Of a stretch of 64,000 bases of DNA, positions 29,150 through 38,698 are shown one piece after another. The notes beneath the pieces are model-generated. The model was not told the origin of the DNA, made no database searches, and was given only the letters and a program-made list of their open reading frames with translations. The first letter of the stretch is position 1; every line of letters starts with the position of its first letter. The position numbers and the translations under genes are program-made. The DNA is from an uncultured bacterium (GTDB lineage Bacteria; Bacteroidota; Bacteroidia; B-17B0; Aurantibacillaceae): positions 1,901 to 65,900 of the forward strand of contig CBIHOL010000011.1 in NCBI GenBank assembly GCA_966211905.1. The letters run 5' to 3'.

Positions 29150-30952
29150 TTAGTTCTTCACCAGTTTCACGGTTTTTACAACTTCACCATTGAAGTTAAA
29201 TGCTTTTACAATATAAGCGCCTTTAGGAAGGTTTTGAGTATTGATGGAAACTGAAGTTCCAACAGGCTGGTTAATTACTTCCTGGCCCAGTGCATTGTAA
29301 ACGATCACTGTTCCGTCAAGTGCATTAATACGGATCTCGTTAGAGAAAGGATTAGGGAAGATTGAAGTTTCGAGGTAATAACCTGTTTCAGCAATTCCCA
29401 CAGTAGTGGTACAAACAATAACGGATTGTGAATGTACAGCAGTACCTGCGCAACCAGCAGTAGTACCGGTTACGGTATGATTAACTGTACCAGCCGTTGA
29501 ACCAGTGTTTACAGTAAGATTGCCGCCTGAGCCGCCACCTGACCATGAATAAGCACCTGCGCCGCTTGCAGAAAGCGTGTAGCTGCTGTTAGTGCAGGCA
29601 ACAGTATGTGAGCTTGTAACAGTAACAACTGGTTTTGGTGCAGCAGTTACAGTTGCAGTCTCAGAATCGGTACAACCATTTGCATCAGTTCCCATAACAC
29701 CTACAGTATACATTGTTGGTGCAGATGGTGAGGTGATGTTAAGAGTGAACTCGTTCCCTGCAGCAGTGCTTGTACCTGCAGCCCACATATATGTTGAAGC
29801 GCCGTTTGAGGTGAAAGTGGCTGATGCATTAGGGCCGGTAGTACACACAAGGGTATTTCCTGACACAGATACAGTTGGATTAGGGTAAACGCCCAGTGTA
29901 TAAGTAGCTGAACCTGTGCAGGTACCTGCTGTTCCGCCAACTGTATAAACTGACATTGCGCTAGGACTAACTACGAGTGAGCTGCCCAGTACAGGTCCCG
30001 GTAACCAGCCATATTGACTTGCGCCAGTAGCAGTAAGGGTTGCAGAGCCACCAGAACAAACTGACGGTGAAGTTGAGCTGATCTGAACATTAAGTGTATT
30101 ACCAACAGTAACTGTGGCTGTTTTAGCAGGACAAACTCCCGAAGGCTCAGTATACTGAAGTGTGTAAGTGGTGGTTGAGCCTGGTGTTACAACGATTGAA
30201 GGAGTTGTCTGCCCGCCTGGCAACCAGCTATATGTACTTCCTGCTGCTGCACCGTTTGCGGTGAGTGTTGCAGAATTCCCGGTACATACGGTGTAGCTTT
30301 GTACGGTTGCCGCACAAGCTGGCGCTGTAATTGTAACAGCATCCAGACCGATATAGTCACTATTGGCACCTGCTGGTCCGCCATTGGTAACAAAATACCT
30401 GAAAGCAACACGACCTACGGTTGGAGTAGGAACGCCGGAAACAGTAAGATTATAAACTGTCCATACTCCCGGATATCCGGTTGAGGTAAGATTTGGATTA
30501 ATGGTGGTCAGAACGTCTGTGAATGTTCCAAGCGATGTTGGCGTTGATCCCACATTGCTTCCGGTACCTGCGGTGCTCATACGCACTTCAAGCCTGTCGG
30601 CATACTGATTTGGGTTTGTGGATGTACGTGTAGCGAACGATACAACAACACCATTCTGAAGATTAAGTGTTGGAGTGATCAACCAGTCGCTCAATGTCAC
30701 AGCGTTGTTCTGGTCAGTTGTATTATTGAAATTGGCAGCAATGTAATCGTTTGGTGCTCCGTTGTATGAATTAAACGTCAAAGAGGCAGTTGGTGCAAAC
30801 CACGTTAAGGTCGGGTTTGGAGAAGCGGAAAGATTTTGCACGATCCATCCGGTCTGGTAGGGTGGTGTAAAATTTTCCTGGAACAACACCTGCGACTTCG
30901 AAGTAAGCATAGCGCCCGCCGCAAATAATAATAAAGTAATTCTTCTTTTCAT
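29150..30952 (-). CDS. T9SS-secreted surface protein with Ig-like repeats
   Basis: Signal peptide MKRRITLLLFAAGAMLTSKSQ. N-terminal jelly-roll-like domain. Four or more VC(T/S)G.SATLTA.GA..Y.W modules. Sorting domain IFPNPFSNEIRINA...GAYIVKAFN...VKLVKN. Confidence 0.75.
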   Translation of the reverse strand: MKRRITLLLFAAGAMLTSKSQVLFQENFTPPYQTGWIVQNLSASPNPTLTWFAPTASLTFNSYNGAPNDYIAANFNNTTDQNNAVTLSDWLITPTLNLQNGVVVSFATRTSTNPNQYADRLEVRMSTAGTGSNVGSTPTSLGTFTDVLTTINPNLTSTGYPGVWTVYNLTVSGVPTPTVGRVAFRYFVTNGGPAGANSDYIGLDAVTITAPACAATVQSYTVCTGNSATLTANGAAAGSTYSWLPGGQTTPSIVVTPGSTTTYTLQYTEPSGVCPAKTATVTVGNTLNVQISSTSPSVCSGGSATLTATGASQYGWLPGPVLGSSLVVSPSAMSVYTVGGTAGTCTGSATYTLGVYPNPTVSVSGNTLVCTTGPNASATFTSNGASTYMWAAGTSTAAGNEFTLNITSPSAPTMYTVGVMGTDANGCTDSETATVTAAPKPVVTVTSSHTVACTNSSYTLSASGAGAYSWSGGGSGGNLTVNTGSTAGTVNHTVTGTTAGCAGTAVHSQSVIVCTTTVGIAETGYYLETSIFPNPFSNEIRINALDGTVIVYNALGQEVINQPVGTSVSINTQNLPKGAYIVKAFNFNGEVVKTVKLVKN

Positions 30953-31286
30953 GATAAGATTTTATAAGTTTCCACTAAAATAAAGATAATTCACGCTCGA
31001 AAAACACTGAAAAATTGTTTTTTTCCTTGGGGATTACCACCTGCGGCAGATGCTGAGATATCCCAATTAATTTACAATAATGTATTAATTATTGGAATAA
31101 TTTTACTCTGATCAATAAGTTGTTTCAGATATCACAATTCCGGCCTTTTGCCAGCTATGTTTCAAATGCCGCCACTTATAAAACTCCCGCCGTTATTGCC
31201 TCTGTGAACGGAAATAAAACACCGGAAAGAGCGTTAAAAACATCAAAATAGAATGTAATAGATTTTTTCTATAAAACAATTTTAAT

Positions 31287-31294
31287 TAAGTTTG
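31287..31294 (+). promoter_or_regulatory. Candidate -7 box (TAAGTTTG) upstream of exbB
   Basis: Matches TAnnTTTG, 35 nt upstream of the ATG at 31330. Confidence 0.35.
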
Positions 31295-31329
31295 GCGTTC
31301 TAAAAAATTAAACAAGAAACATATACAAA

Positions 31330-32133
31330 ATGAGTACAAAAAAAACATCGGGAGGATTCCCACTGATTGTTTCCGCGCTGGCGATCGTTATTTGTCTTTT
31401 GATAGGCGTTTTTATTTACACGACCATCCTGGGAGCAGACTCAAATTTTGAAGGCGGGGACCGCAGCTCACATAAACCGGCCAACATTCTTGGCACGATG
31501 TATATGGGGGGTTTTATTGTGCCTATCCTTATCGGATTCCTTCTGACCGTGATAACATTCGCGATCGAACGTTTTATCACCATTCAGAAAGCAGCAGGTA
31601 AAGGCAACACCGATAAGTTTGTGAACAAGATCAAATCATTGATCTCGGCACACGATTTTGATGGTGCAGTTGCAGAGTGCGACAGGCAGCAAGGTTCTCT
31701 TGCCAATGTGGTGCGTGAGGGTATTATGAAATACCGTTTTGTAGAAAATGATTCAGCAATGGATAAAGAAGGTAAAGTACACGCGATCCAGAAAGCGCTT
31801 GAAGAAGCTACTGCACTGGAACTGCCTATGCTTTCCAAGAACATGGTTGTGATCTCTACAATGGCTTCCATTGGTACGCTTGCCGGTCTTATTGGAACGG
31901 TTGTGGGGATGATCCGCGCATTTGCCGCTCTTGCACAGGCTGGAGCTCCTGATACCGGTGCGCTTGCAACAGGTATCTCAGAAGCCCTTGTAAATACACT
32001 GGTAGGGATCTTAACCTCTGCATTTGCGATCATTTTTTATAACTTTTTCAGCAACAGGATCGACCAGATCACTTACGCTATGGACGAAGCCGGATTCTCT
32101 ATCATCCAGGAATTCCAGGCAACAGGAAAATAA
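31330..32133 (+). CDS. exbB: MotA/TolQ/ExbB proton-channel protein
   Basis: 267 aa with three transmembrane segments and the conserved C-terminal block GTLAGLIGTVVGMIRAF...ISEALVNTLVGIL. Confidence 0.85.
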   Translation: MSTKKTSGGFPLIVSALAIVICLLIGVFIYTTILGADSNFEGGDRSSHKPANILGTMYMGGFIVPILIGFLLTVITFAIERFITIQKAAGKGNTDKFVNKIKSLISAHDFDGAVAECDRQQGSLANVVREGIMKYRFVENDSAMDKEGKVHAIQKALEEATALELPMLSKNMVVISTMASIGTLAGLIGTVVGMIRAFAALAQAGAPDTGALATGISEALVNTLVGILTSAFAIIFYNFFSNRIDQITYAMDEAGFSIIQEFQATGK

Positions 32134-32190
32134 TTTTTCCGTGTTTATGGAAAAATGCTGAATTATTCATCTAAATAATAAAAGAATCAA

Positions 32191-32871
32191 ATGTCAAAAA
32201 AACCGTCTAAAGGAGGAGCACCCGCGCTGGACATGACACCGATGGTGGATCTGGCCTTCCTGCTGGTAACGTTTTTCATGCTAACTGCTTCTTTTCGTAT
32301 GGCTGAGCCTGTAACAGTTGATCCTCCCAGTTCAATCGGAGAGGTTACTCTCCCTGATAACCATATTATGGTTACCATTGATGACAAGGGAAGAGCTTTT
32401 TTCGGCATCAGTAATCCAATTGCAAAAAAAGCCGCTTTGCGCGAAATGGCCGCTAAATACAAGGTAAATTTTACCGACGAACAGGCAGTGAAGTTCACAG
32501 GGCTTAGCAGTTTCGGAGTTGATATCAAGGATCTTCCAAGATATATTGATGCAAGCGACCAGGAGCGGACCAATTTTCAGCCGCAACGCGGTGTGCCTCT
32601 TGATACCATCACTCCCAACAACCAACTGAGAGACTGGATCGCGATAGGAGGCAAATACGCCGTGCAGACATATAACGACGCCAAGAAGGCAGCTGCAGCA
32701 AACAACCAGGAGTTTAATGCTGAAAAGCCACGCTACGCGATAAAGGCAGGAGCAACTACAAAATATATTTTCGTAAAAGATGTGGTAAAGAATTTTACTG
32801 ATCTCAAGATCTATCAGTTTAACCTCATTACTTCTTTGGAAGGCGGGGGAACAGTGATAAATCCTAAGTAA
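32191..32871 (+). CDS. exbD: ExbD/TolR-family protein (long form)
   Basis: N-terminal LDMTPMVDLAFLLVTFFMLTASF anchor motif. At 226 aa it is much longer than the roughly 140-aa enterobacterial ExbD. Confidence 0.8.
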   Translation: MSKKPSKGGAPALDMTPMVDLAFLLVTFFMLTASFRMAEPVTVDPPSSIGEVTLPDNHIMVTIDDKGRAFFGISNPIAKKAALREMAAKYKVNFTDEQAVKFTGLSSFGVDIKDLPRYIDASDQERTNFQPQRGVPLDTITPNNQLRDWIAIGGKYAVQTYNDAKKAAAANNQEFNAEKPRYAIKAGATTKYIFVKDVVKNFTDLKIYQFNLITSLEGGGTVINPK

Positions 32872-32896
32872 TTCTTTCTGCAAAAAAATTTAGAAC

Positions 32897-33532
32897 ATGG
32901 CAGAAATTCAAGAAGGCGGTGGCGGTGGCCACAAGGGTGGCAAGAAAAGAGCCAAGAAGCAGTCAACGCGCATCGACATGACGCCGATGGTTGACCTTGC
33001 ATTCCTTCTCCTTACATTTTTCGTGCTTACTGCAACATTCAGCAAGCCAAAATCAATGGAGCTTACTTTCCCGGCACCACCAGACAATCCTAAAGATCAG
33101 CCGCCAATTAAAAACGGGATAACATTTTTGTTAACTAAAGACGACCGGATCTTTTATTACGAAGGGGAATTCCGCCCGGCCGATGATGATAAAGGTGAAA
33201 AAACCGCTCTTACAGAGATCAACTACTCTCAGGGAAGTCTGCACAAGTATCTTCTTGAGAAAAATAAAAAGATGCACGAGCAGATCCTCGCCCTTAAAAA
33301 GCAGTTTGAAAACAATCAACTGGCAGATACTACTTTTAAACGTATGGTCCGCGAGAGGAAGGCTGACAAGGAATCTTTTACATACCTGATCAAAACGGAT
33401 GATAAGGCGACCTACAAAAATGTGATCGACCTGGTTGACGAACTTAATGTGAACGTGGTTGGAAAATATGTTATGGTTGATATGACTAAACCGGAACTTG
33501 ATCTTCTTACCGAGAAAGTAGGAGTAAACTAG
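32897..33532 (+). CDS. exbD: ExbD/TolR-family protein (second paralog)
   Basis: IDMTPMVDLAFLLLTFFVLTATF anchor motif; 211 aa. Confidence 0.8.
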   Translation: MAEIQEGGGGGHKGGKKRAKKQSTRIDMTPMVDLAFLLLTFFVLTATFSKPKSMELTFPAPPDNPKDQPPIKNGITFLLTKDDRIFYYEGEFRPADDDKGEKTALTEINYSQGSLHKYLLEKNKKMHEQILALKKQFENNQLADTTFKRMVRERKADKESFTYLIKTDDKATYKNVIDLVDELNVNVVGKYVMVDMTKPELDLLTEKVGVN

Positions 33533-33542
33533 GAGGTACAAC

Positions 33543-34337
33543 ATGATTAAAAATTGGAATAATGTAACTCTCGACGAACGTAACGATATTGTTTTCCTTG
33601 GCAGGAATCAACAATACGGCGCTTACGAACTTCGCAGGAATTATAATCGCCGCGTAACCATGATCATTGGCGGCATGATCTTGTTTTCTGTACTCTTACT
33701 TGGTGTGAAAACATTCAGTGACCGTCCTGAAGAAGAAGTGATCCAGGAAAAAGTGGGTGTGGAGCAGATCGATCTTACACCACCTCCGCCACAGGAGGAA
33801 TTACCTCCGCCTCCACCGCCGCCGCCACCACCGCCAATGGTTGAAATGGTGAAATTTGTGCCTCCTGTTATCAAGGACGACGCAGTGGAAGAAGAGCCTC
33901 AGAAATTGCAGGAAGAAGTAAAGGAAACCCAGGTTGGAACTAAAGACCAGGAAGGCGAAAAAGAAATTGCGCCTCCTACTGAGGTTGAAGGTCCCGGAGA
34001 ACCGGCTGCCCCTGAGATCTTTACTATAGTAGAAGAAATGCCTGAGCCTCCGGGAGGAATCCAGGTGTTTTATAAGTATGTTTCAACACATGTGGTTTAC
34101 CCTCAGATGGCCAAAGAGGCTGGTGTTTCAGGTAAAGCATTTTTAAAGTTTGTTGTGGAAACGGATGGTTCGATAAGCGATGTGCAGGTAATTAAAGGAG
34201 TTGCCGGTTGTCCTGATTGTGATAAAGAAGCGATCCGCGTGGTGAAATCTTATCCTGAAAAATGGAAGCCCGGCCGCCAGAACGGTCGCCCGGCCAGGGT
34301 TTACTACAATCTGCCAATAGCATTCAAAATTCAATAA
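33543..34337 (+). CDS. tonB: TonB energy transducer
   Basis: N-terminal anchor, proline-rich spacer PPPPQEELPPPPPPPPPPP, and a C-terminal TonB domain (YPQMAKEAGVSGKAFLKFVVETDGSISDVQVIKG...). Confidence 0.85.
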   Translation: MIKNWNNVTLDERNDIVFLGRNQQYGAYELRRNYNRRVTMIIGGMILFSVLLLGVKTFSDRPEEEVIQEKVGVEQIDLTPPPPQEELPPPPPPPPPPPMVEMVKFVPPVIKDDAVEEEPQKLQEEVKETQVGTKDQEGEKEIAPPTEVEGPGEPAAPEIFTIVEEMPEPPGGIQVFYKYVSTHVVYPQMAKEAGVSGKAFLKFVVETDGSISDVQVIKGVAGCPDCDKEAIRVVKSYPEKWKPGRQNGRPARVYYNLPIAFKIQ

Positions 34338-34347
34338 CATTAACCAG

Positions 34348-34374
34348 GGCCACATAAATCATGTGGCCTTTTTT
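34348..34374 (+). terminator. Intrinsic terminator after tonB
   Basis: GGCCACAT (34348-34355) pairs with ATGTGGCC (34361-34368) and is followed by T6, 11 nt after the tonB stop. Confidence 0.8.
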
Positions 34375-34384
34375 ACTCTAGTAT

Positions 34385-34606
34385 ATGAAACCTTCTATGC
34401 AGATGATCAGTTTTTGGTTCGGAGGGGTAATGGTAGTTGTGGTGCTAGTTCTCGCCATTGCCATCCTTACCACTGACTTTCTGAGTGAGCGCCTGTACGG
34501 TAATAAAAGAACAATTTTTGTAGTCACGATGTTTGCGTATGCTGCTTACCGGAGCTACCGCATGTATCATTTTCTGAAACAGGAGCGCCATAATGACGAT
34601 GTATAG
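34385..34606 (+). CDS. Small two-helix membrane protein (hypothetical)
   Basis: 73 aa with two hydrophobic helices (ISFWFGGVMVVVVLVLAIAILT and IFVVTMFAYAAY) and a basic tail. Overlaps the next gene by 14 nt. The coding status rests only on ORF and topology arguments. Confidence 0.45.
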   Translation: MKPSMQMISFWFGGVMVVVVLVLAIAILTTDFLSERLYGNKRTIFVVTMFAYAAYRSYRMYHFLKQERHNDDV

Positions 34607-35513
34607 GCTTGTTTTGCTTTTCCTGATTTTTCTCTATTCCTGTGGAGGAAATGAAAATGTATACAAGGATAATACGCCAACTTCCGGCAAATTAAAGGTG
34701 TACTACGAGGAAGGAATAAAGCCACACGTTGAGAATCAGGTTTACACGTTTGAAGCCCTGTATGAAAATGCAGAGGTTGAGCTTCATATGGCCTCGGAAG
34801 CGGAAGCAATCATGGCGCTGCTTAATGACAGCTGTGAAGCAATTTTTATATCGAGACTTCCCGGTGAGCAGGAAAAAAAAGCTTTCGCCTCACGTAAATA
34901 CACGCCTGGATATTCTGCTGTGGCAAATAGCGGGGTTGCATTTATAGCTAACGCCCAGCTTGCTCTTAGCGAGCTTGACAGTAACATGATCCAGACATTA
35001 ATATCCGGAACGGGAGAGGTTCTAATGCCGGACGGCAGCAGTAAAAAAGTAAAAGTTGTGTTTGACAAAGACAATTCTTCTGTATTGCATTATATGAAGG
35101 AAAAAATTACCGGCGAGAAAGGTTTGTCGGCAAATTGCAGTGCCATGGGATCGACACCGGAAACCATCAATTACATAGCACAAAACAACAATGCCATCGG
35201 CGTAATTGATTACGCATGGCTTAGCGATAAGGACGACTCTCTGAATAAAGCAAACGGAGGTAAGATCAAATTCCTTGCACTTCGTTACAATAAAGCAGAT
35301 AGTGCTGTTTATCCTAACCAGACCAGTTTTAAGACCGGCAAATATCCTCTGGCCCGAACTCTGTACGTAATCCGTAAGGTGGGAGAGTTTACGCTGGCCA
35401 AGGGTTTTGAGAGCTTTGTTGCTGGTCCAAAAGGTCAGGTTACTTTTCTAAAGCAGGGGCTTCTTCCAACCAGGCAGCAGGAGCGACTGGTTACCATAAA
35501 GCTGCAGGAATAA
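34593..35513 (+). CDS. PstS-like (phosphate-binding-protein fold) lipoprotein
   Basis: Lipoprotein signal LIFLYSCGG. The periplasmic binding protein type 2 pattern resembles the PstS family (GYSAVANSGVAFI..., AIGVIDYAW, YPLARTLYVI). No pstCAB genes are nearby. Confidence 0.65.
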   Translation: MTMYRLVLLFLIFLYSCGGNENVYKDNTPTSGKLKVYYEEGIKPHVENQVYTFEALYENAEVELHMASEAEAIMALLNDSCEAIFISRLPGEQEKKAFASRKYTPGYSAVANSGVAFIANAQLALSELDSNMIQTLISGTGEVLMPDGSSKKVKVVFDKDNSSVLHYMKEKITGEKGLSANCSAMGSTPETINYIAQNNNAIGVIDYAWLSDKDDSLNKANGGKIKFLALRYNKADSAVYPNQTSFKTGKYPLARTLYVIRKVGEFTLAKGFESFVAGPKGQVTFLKQGLLPTRQQERLVTIKLQE

Positions 35514-35621
35514 AGAAGCCTAAGGTTCCTTAAAATAACCTAAAAACGGGCAATTAATAACAACCGGCATTGCCTTTGCAAACACAGAATTAAGTACTTT
35601 TAGAAACCAAAAAATAAAAAA

Positions 35622-37355
35622 ATGAACTTTAAGATTTTAGTTGCACTACCCTTGTTTTCTGTTGTTATGGCGTCGGCCCAGACATTGCCCCAGGCAATTG
35701 CAAAGACCGATAATGAGCGTTTTGAAGCGGCCGCTGCCGATTTCAGAGCTATTATAGCCCGTGATGCCGGTAAAGGAGAAAACTATTTTTATTTTGGGGA
35801 GAATTATTTCAAGAATGGCGAAACAGACAGTGCTGACGCCATGTATAAAAAAGGGGTTGAAATAAATGCTACCAATCCTCTCAACTACGTTGGGATCGGT
35901 AAGGTACTGCTGGCAAAAGGGAAAGTGGATGAGGCCAAAACGCAGTTCTATAAGGCTACATCAATTGCCGCAAACAAAAATCCGGAGGTGCTTCGAAAAA
36001 TTGCTGAGGCATGGCTTGATACCGATAATAAAAACCCTGATGAGGCCATCGCGGTGGTGAGTGCAGCGATCAAGCTTGACGCAAAAAATCCTGACAATTA
36101 CATCATTTTAGGTGATGCGCAGCTCGAAAAAAATCCGACTGATGGCAGTGCCCCTGTGAAAAGCTATCAGAAGGCCACAAGCTTAAATCCGAAAAGCCCT
36201 AAAGGAATTTTGCGGGAAGGAAAGCTCTATCAGCGCGGAAGAAATTTTCCGCTGGCACTGGAGTATTACAAAAAAGCGATGGATCTCGATCCGACTTTTG
36301 CCCCTGCTTACAGGGAGGTAGCAGAACTTTATTCCCTGGCAGGACAACCTGCACGCTCTATTGAAAACTGGAAAAAATATCTGGAGTTGAACAACAGCGA
36401 CTACGCGCGTTATCGTTTTATGAGCGCTCTTTATAATAACAAACAATATGCTGAAGCGGTGGCAGAATATGAAAGCCTGAAAAAATCTAATTTTAATAAT
36501 GTGTACCTCGAACGCCTTGCCGCATATAGTTATGCCGAAATGAGCGATAAAACCGACTCAACTGTTTACAAAAAAGGACTGGCGGCCATTAATAATTTTT
36601 TCACAATGGCTGGTCCTCAGTTTAAATACAGGCCAGCTGATTATAAATACAAGGGATTGTTATTAATGAAGACCGGAAACGATTCTCTGGGCTTTGCTGA
36701 ACTGGAAAAGGCAATTGCACTTGACTCAACGGCAGCTGGTGACATTTATACAGAGATGGCTAAATCTGCTGTGAAATCCAAAGATTATCCTTCTGCAATC
36801 ACTTATTTTGAGAAGAAGAAGAAAAACGACTGGAAAAATCTCACCAACAATGATCGCTTTGATTTAGGTAAGGCCTATTATTTTTCAGGCCAGAACCTGA
36901 ACAAGGAAGTAAACGAGGCAAAAGACGCGCTTCAGAAAAAGAAAAAGCCTGTTACTCCTGACATTACCGAAAAAGAAAATCTTGCCCGTGAAATGTTTGT
37001 AAAGGGTGATTCGGCATTTAAAGCTTTAACGCAGATCAATCCGTCATGGCCGGTTGGATACCTGTGGAGAGGACGTACTAATTCTATGCTGGATCCGAAT
37101 GCAGAAAGCGACAGTACCAGGGCGCAGTACGAAAAGATGTTATCCCTTGTAAAACCTGAAGAGAGAACCGGTACCTACAAGAATTATGTGATTGAAGCGT
37201 ACGAGTACCTGGGTTATTTTTATGTGAAAAGGAAGGATGATGCGAAAGCAAAAGAAAGCTGGCTCATGGTAAAAGAACTGGATCCGGGTAACGAAAAACA
37301 AAAATTATATTTTAATCCGCCGAAGCCTAAAGCCCAGGCTCAGCCAAAAAAATAA
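35622..37355 (+). CDS. Secreted tetratricopeptide-repeat protein
   Basis: 577 aa with a signal peptide and many TPR-like A..Y.KA...P/NP repeats (YKKGVEINATNP, YQKATSLNPKSP, YKKAMDLDPTFAPAY). Confidence 0.75.
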   Translation: MNFKILVALPLFSVVMASAQTLPQAIAKTDNERFEAAAADFRAIIARDAGKGENYFYFGENYFKNGETDSADAMYKKGVEINATNPLNYVGIGKVLLAKGKVDEAKTQFYKATSIAANKNPEVLRKIAEAWLDTDNKNPDEAIAVVSAAIKLDAKNPDNYIILGDAQLEKNPTDGSAPVKSYQKATSLNPKSPKGILREGKLYQRGRNFPLALEYYKKAMDLDPTFAPAYREVAELYSLAGQPARSIENWKKYLELNNSDYARYRFMSALYNNKQYAEAVAEYESLKKSNFNNVYLERLAAYSYAEMSDKTDSTVYKKGLAAINNFFTMAGPQFKYRPADYKYKGLLLMKTGNDSLGFAELEKAIALDSTAAGDIYTEMAKSAVKSKDYPSAITYFEKKKKNDWKNLTNNDRFDLGKAYYFSGQNLNKEVNEAKDALQKKKKPVTPDITEKENLAREMFVKGDSAFKALTQINPSWPVGYLWRGRTNSMLDPNAESDSTRAQYEKMLSLVKPEERTGTYKNYVIEAYEYLGYFYVKRKDDAKAKESWLMVKELDPGNEKQKLYFNPPKPKAQAQPKK

Positions 37356-37361
37356 TAGAGG

Positions 37362-37390
37362 ATCCCGCTACTTGCGGGATTTTTTTATTT
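37362..37390 (+). terminator. Intrinsic terminator after the TPR gene
   Basis: ATCCCGC (37362-37368) pairs with GCGGGAT (37374-37380), then TTTTTTATTT. The T-run overlaps the stop of the convergent gene at 37385. Confidence 0.75.
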
Positions 37391-38698
37391 GTTTTCCGGG
37401 TGAGATAACACGTAAATCGCATCCAGGGTAAGCATTGAATCGACAGAGATTCCGCGGGAAGCCGCTTTATCCTGCACGTCCTTGTACCAGGAAGTTGTTC
37501 CTACAATACTCTCCTTGATCTGCTGGATCCGTTCACGATATTCTGCGCGTTCGCAGTACGTTTCGTAAGCCATCTGTACAAACCCATCTCCAAAGCGTTT
37601 TAAAGTGGCTTCAGAGTGCAATAGTATTACCACATCATACGATCGTATTTTTTTAAAATAATCGGTCTGCGACACCATTAAAGGAGAATTGAAAGACTGA
37701 GGATACACTGCCTCATTGTAAAACCAGAATTCATGATTAGAATACGTGGCAGCGGGAATATTAGTGCTGTATATATACCACCAGAAGCTATCGCCTACCA
37801 CCAGCATGGAAGGCCGCTTATGTTTAGAGCTGTCGTTGCGCACGTTGAATTGGGGATACGCCATTGGAAACGACTTCGGTTCCCATAACAGGTTCATGCC
37901 TTTAATAATGTCGTTATCGGTATGTCGCAGCGAATCTGATATTTGCATCCCCGTGATCTCAAGATCCGGAAGGTCGCAATGCAGGCGGCTCTCGACGTAT
38001 CTGCTGATAGAATCAAACGCAAGTATACTTCCATAATTGCTCCAGTGAATGCCATACTGCGGGTAAAGGGGATACTTATGATCGTGTTTAAGAAGAGTAA
38101 AATACCTGTTAAAGTCAATATGAGTTAATGCATTTGCTTTAAGCGCCTCCCTGAAATAGAGATAATTACTTACGGCCGGAGCTCCCCTGTATTTGTGCGG
38201 TATATACTCAGGGTAAAAACTCGCTTTGCCTGGTGCAAGCACAACCAACAGCAATTTATTGTGCGCGGTAAGGCTGTCCTGAATGCACTTAAGCTGCTGT
38301 ATATATTTATTGATCTTTTCTCTGCCGATAAAATCCCTGCCATAATACGCATCGAAATAACCAGTTTCATACAGATAATCATCCTTCCCAACCACCACGT
38401 AAGCGGCTGTCGCTTTCCTGAAAAGATTAAATTTCAATTGCCCGTTCGCCCTGATATAATAATGATGCAAACCAAAACTATCACGAACAAATTTTTCCTT
38501 TTGCTGCTGGTAGCTACCGTCAAACCATCCCTCTTTGCTCAATTGGACATTGGGTTCGGGATAAAATGTTCCGTTCAATGGATCAATATAGGTCTTCACA
38601 TTGGTGAGTTCCTGAATAACAGGCAGGAAGAGAAAAAGCAACAGACCTGCCAACAGCAAAGGCTTTGCGATCATATTTATATTAACCCGCGTTTTCAA
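37385..38698 (-). CDS. Hypothetical membrane-anchored protein, likely partner of the MBOAT acyltransferase (AlgX/AlgJ/DltD-like role inferred)
   Basis: 437 aa with an N-terminal anchor IAKPLLLAGLLLFLFLPVI and a GDS-type motif VVGDSFWWY. The TTG start overlaps the MBOAT stop; an alternative ATG lies at 38674. The function is inferred from context only. Confidence 0.55.
   Translation of the reverse strand: MKTRVNINMIAKPLLLAGLLLFLFLPVIQELTNVKTYIDPLNGTFYPEPNVQLSKEGWFDGSYQQQKEKFVRDSFGLHHYYIRANGQLKFNLFRKATAAYVVVGKDDYLYETGYFDAYYGRDFIGREKINKYIQQLKCIQDSLTAHNKLLLVVLAPGKASFYPEYIPHKYRGAPAVSNYLYFREALKANALTHIDFNRYFTLLKHDHKYPLYPQYGIHWSNYGSILAFDSISRYVESRLHCDLPDLEITGMQISDSLRHTDNDIIKGMNLLWEPKSFPMAYPQFNVRNDSSKHKRPSMLVVGDSFWWYIYSTNIPAATYSNHEFWFYNEAVYPQSFNSPLMVSQTDYFKKIRSYDVVILLHSEATLKRFGDGFVQMAYETYCERAEYRERIQQIKESIVGTTSWYKDVQDKAASRGISVDSMLTLDAIYVLSHPENK

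Noticed and set aside
31063-31095. AT-rich imperfect palindrome CCAATTAATTTACAATAATGTATTAATTATTGG upstream of exbB, considered as a Fur box
   Set aside because: The arms match only at CCAAT/ATTGG and TAAT/ATTA, with a 3-nt bulge. The match to GATAATGATAATCATTATC is poor. The site is about 235 nt from the exbB ATG, and such palindromes are expected in AT-rich spacers.
32332-32883. 183-aa antisense ORF across exbD, and a 149-aa antisense ORF across exbB (31584-32033)
   Set aside because: These are shadow ORFs opposite conserved genes, with Cys/Ser/Ala-rich nonsense-like translations.
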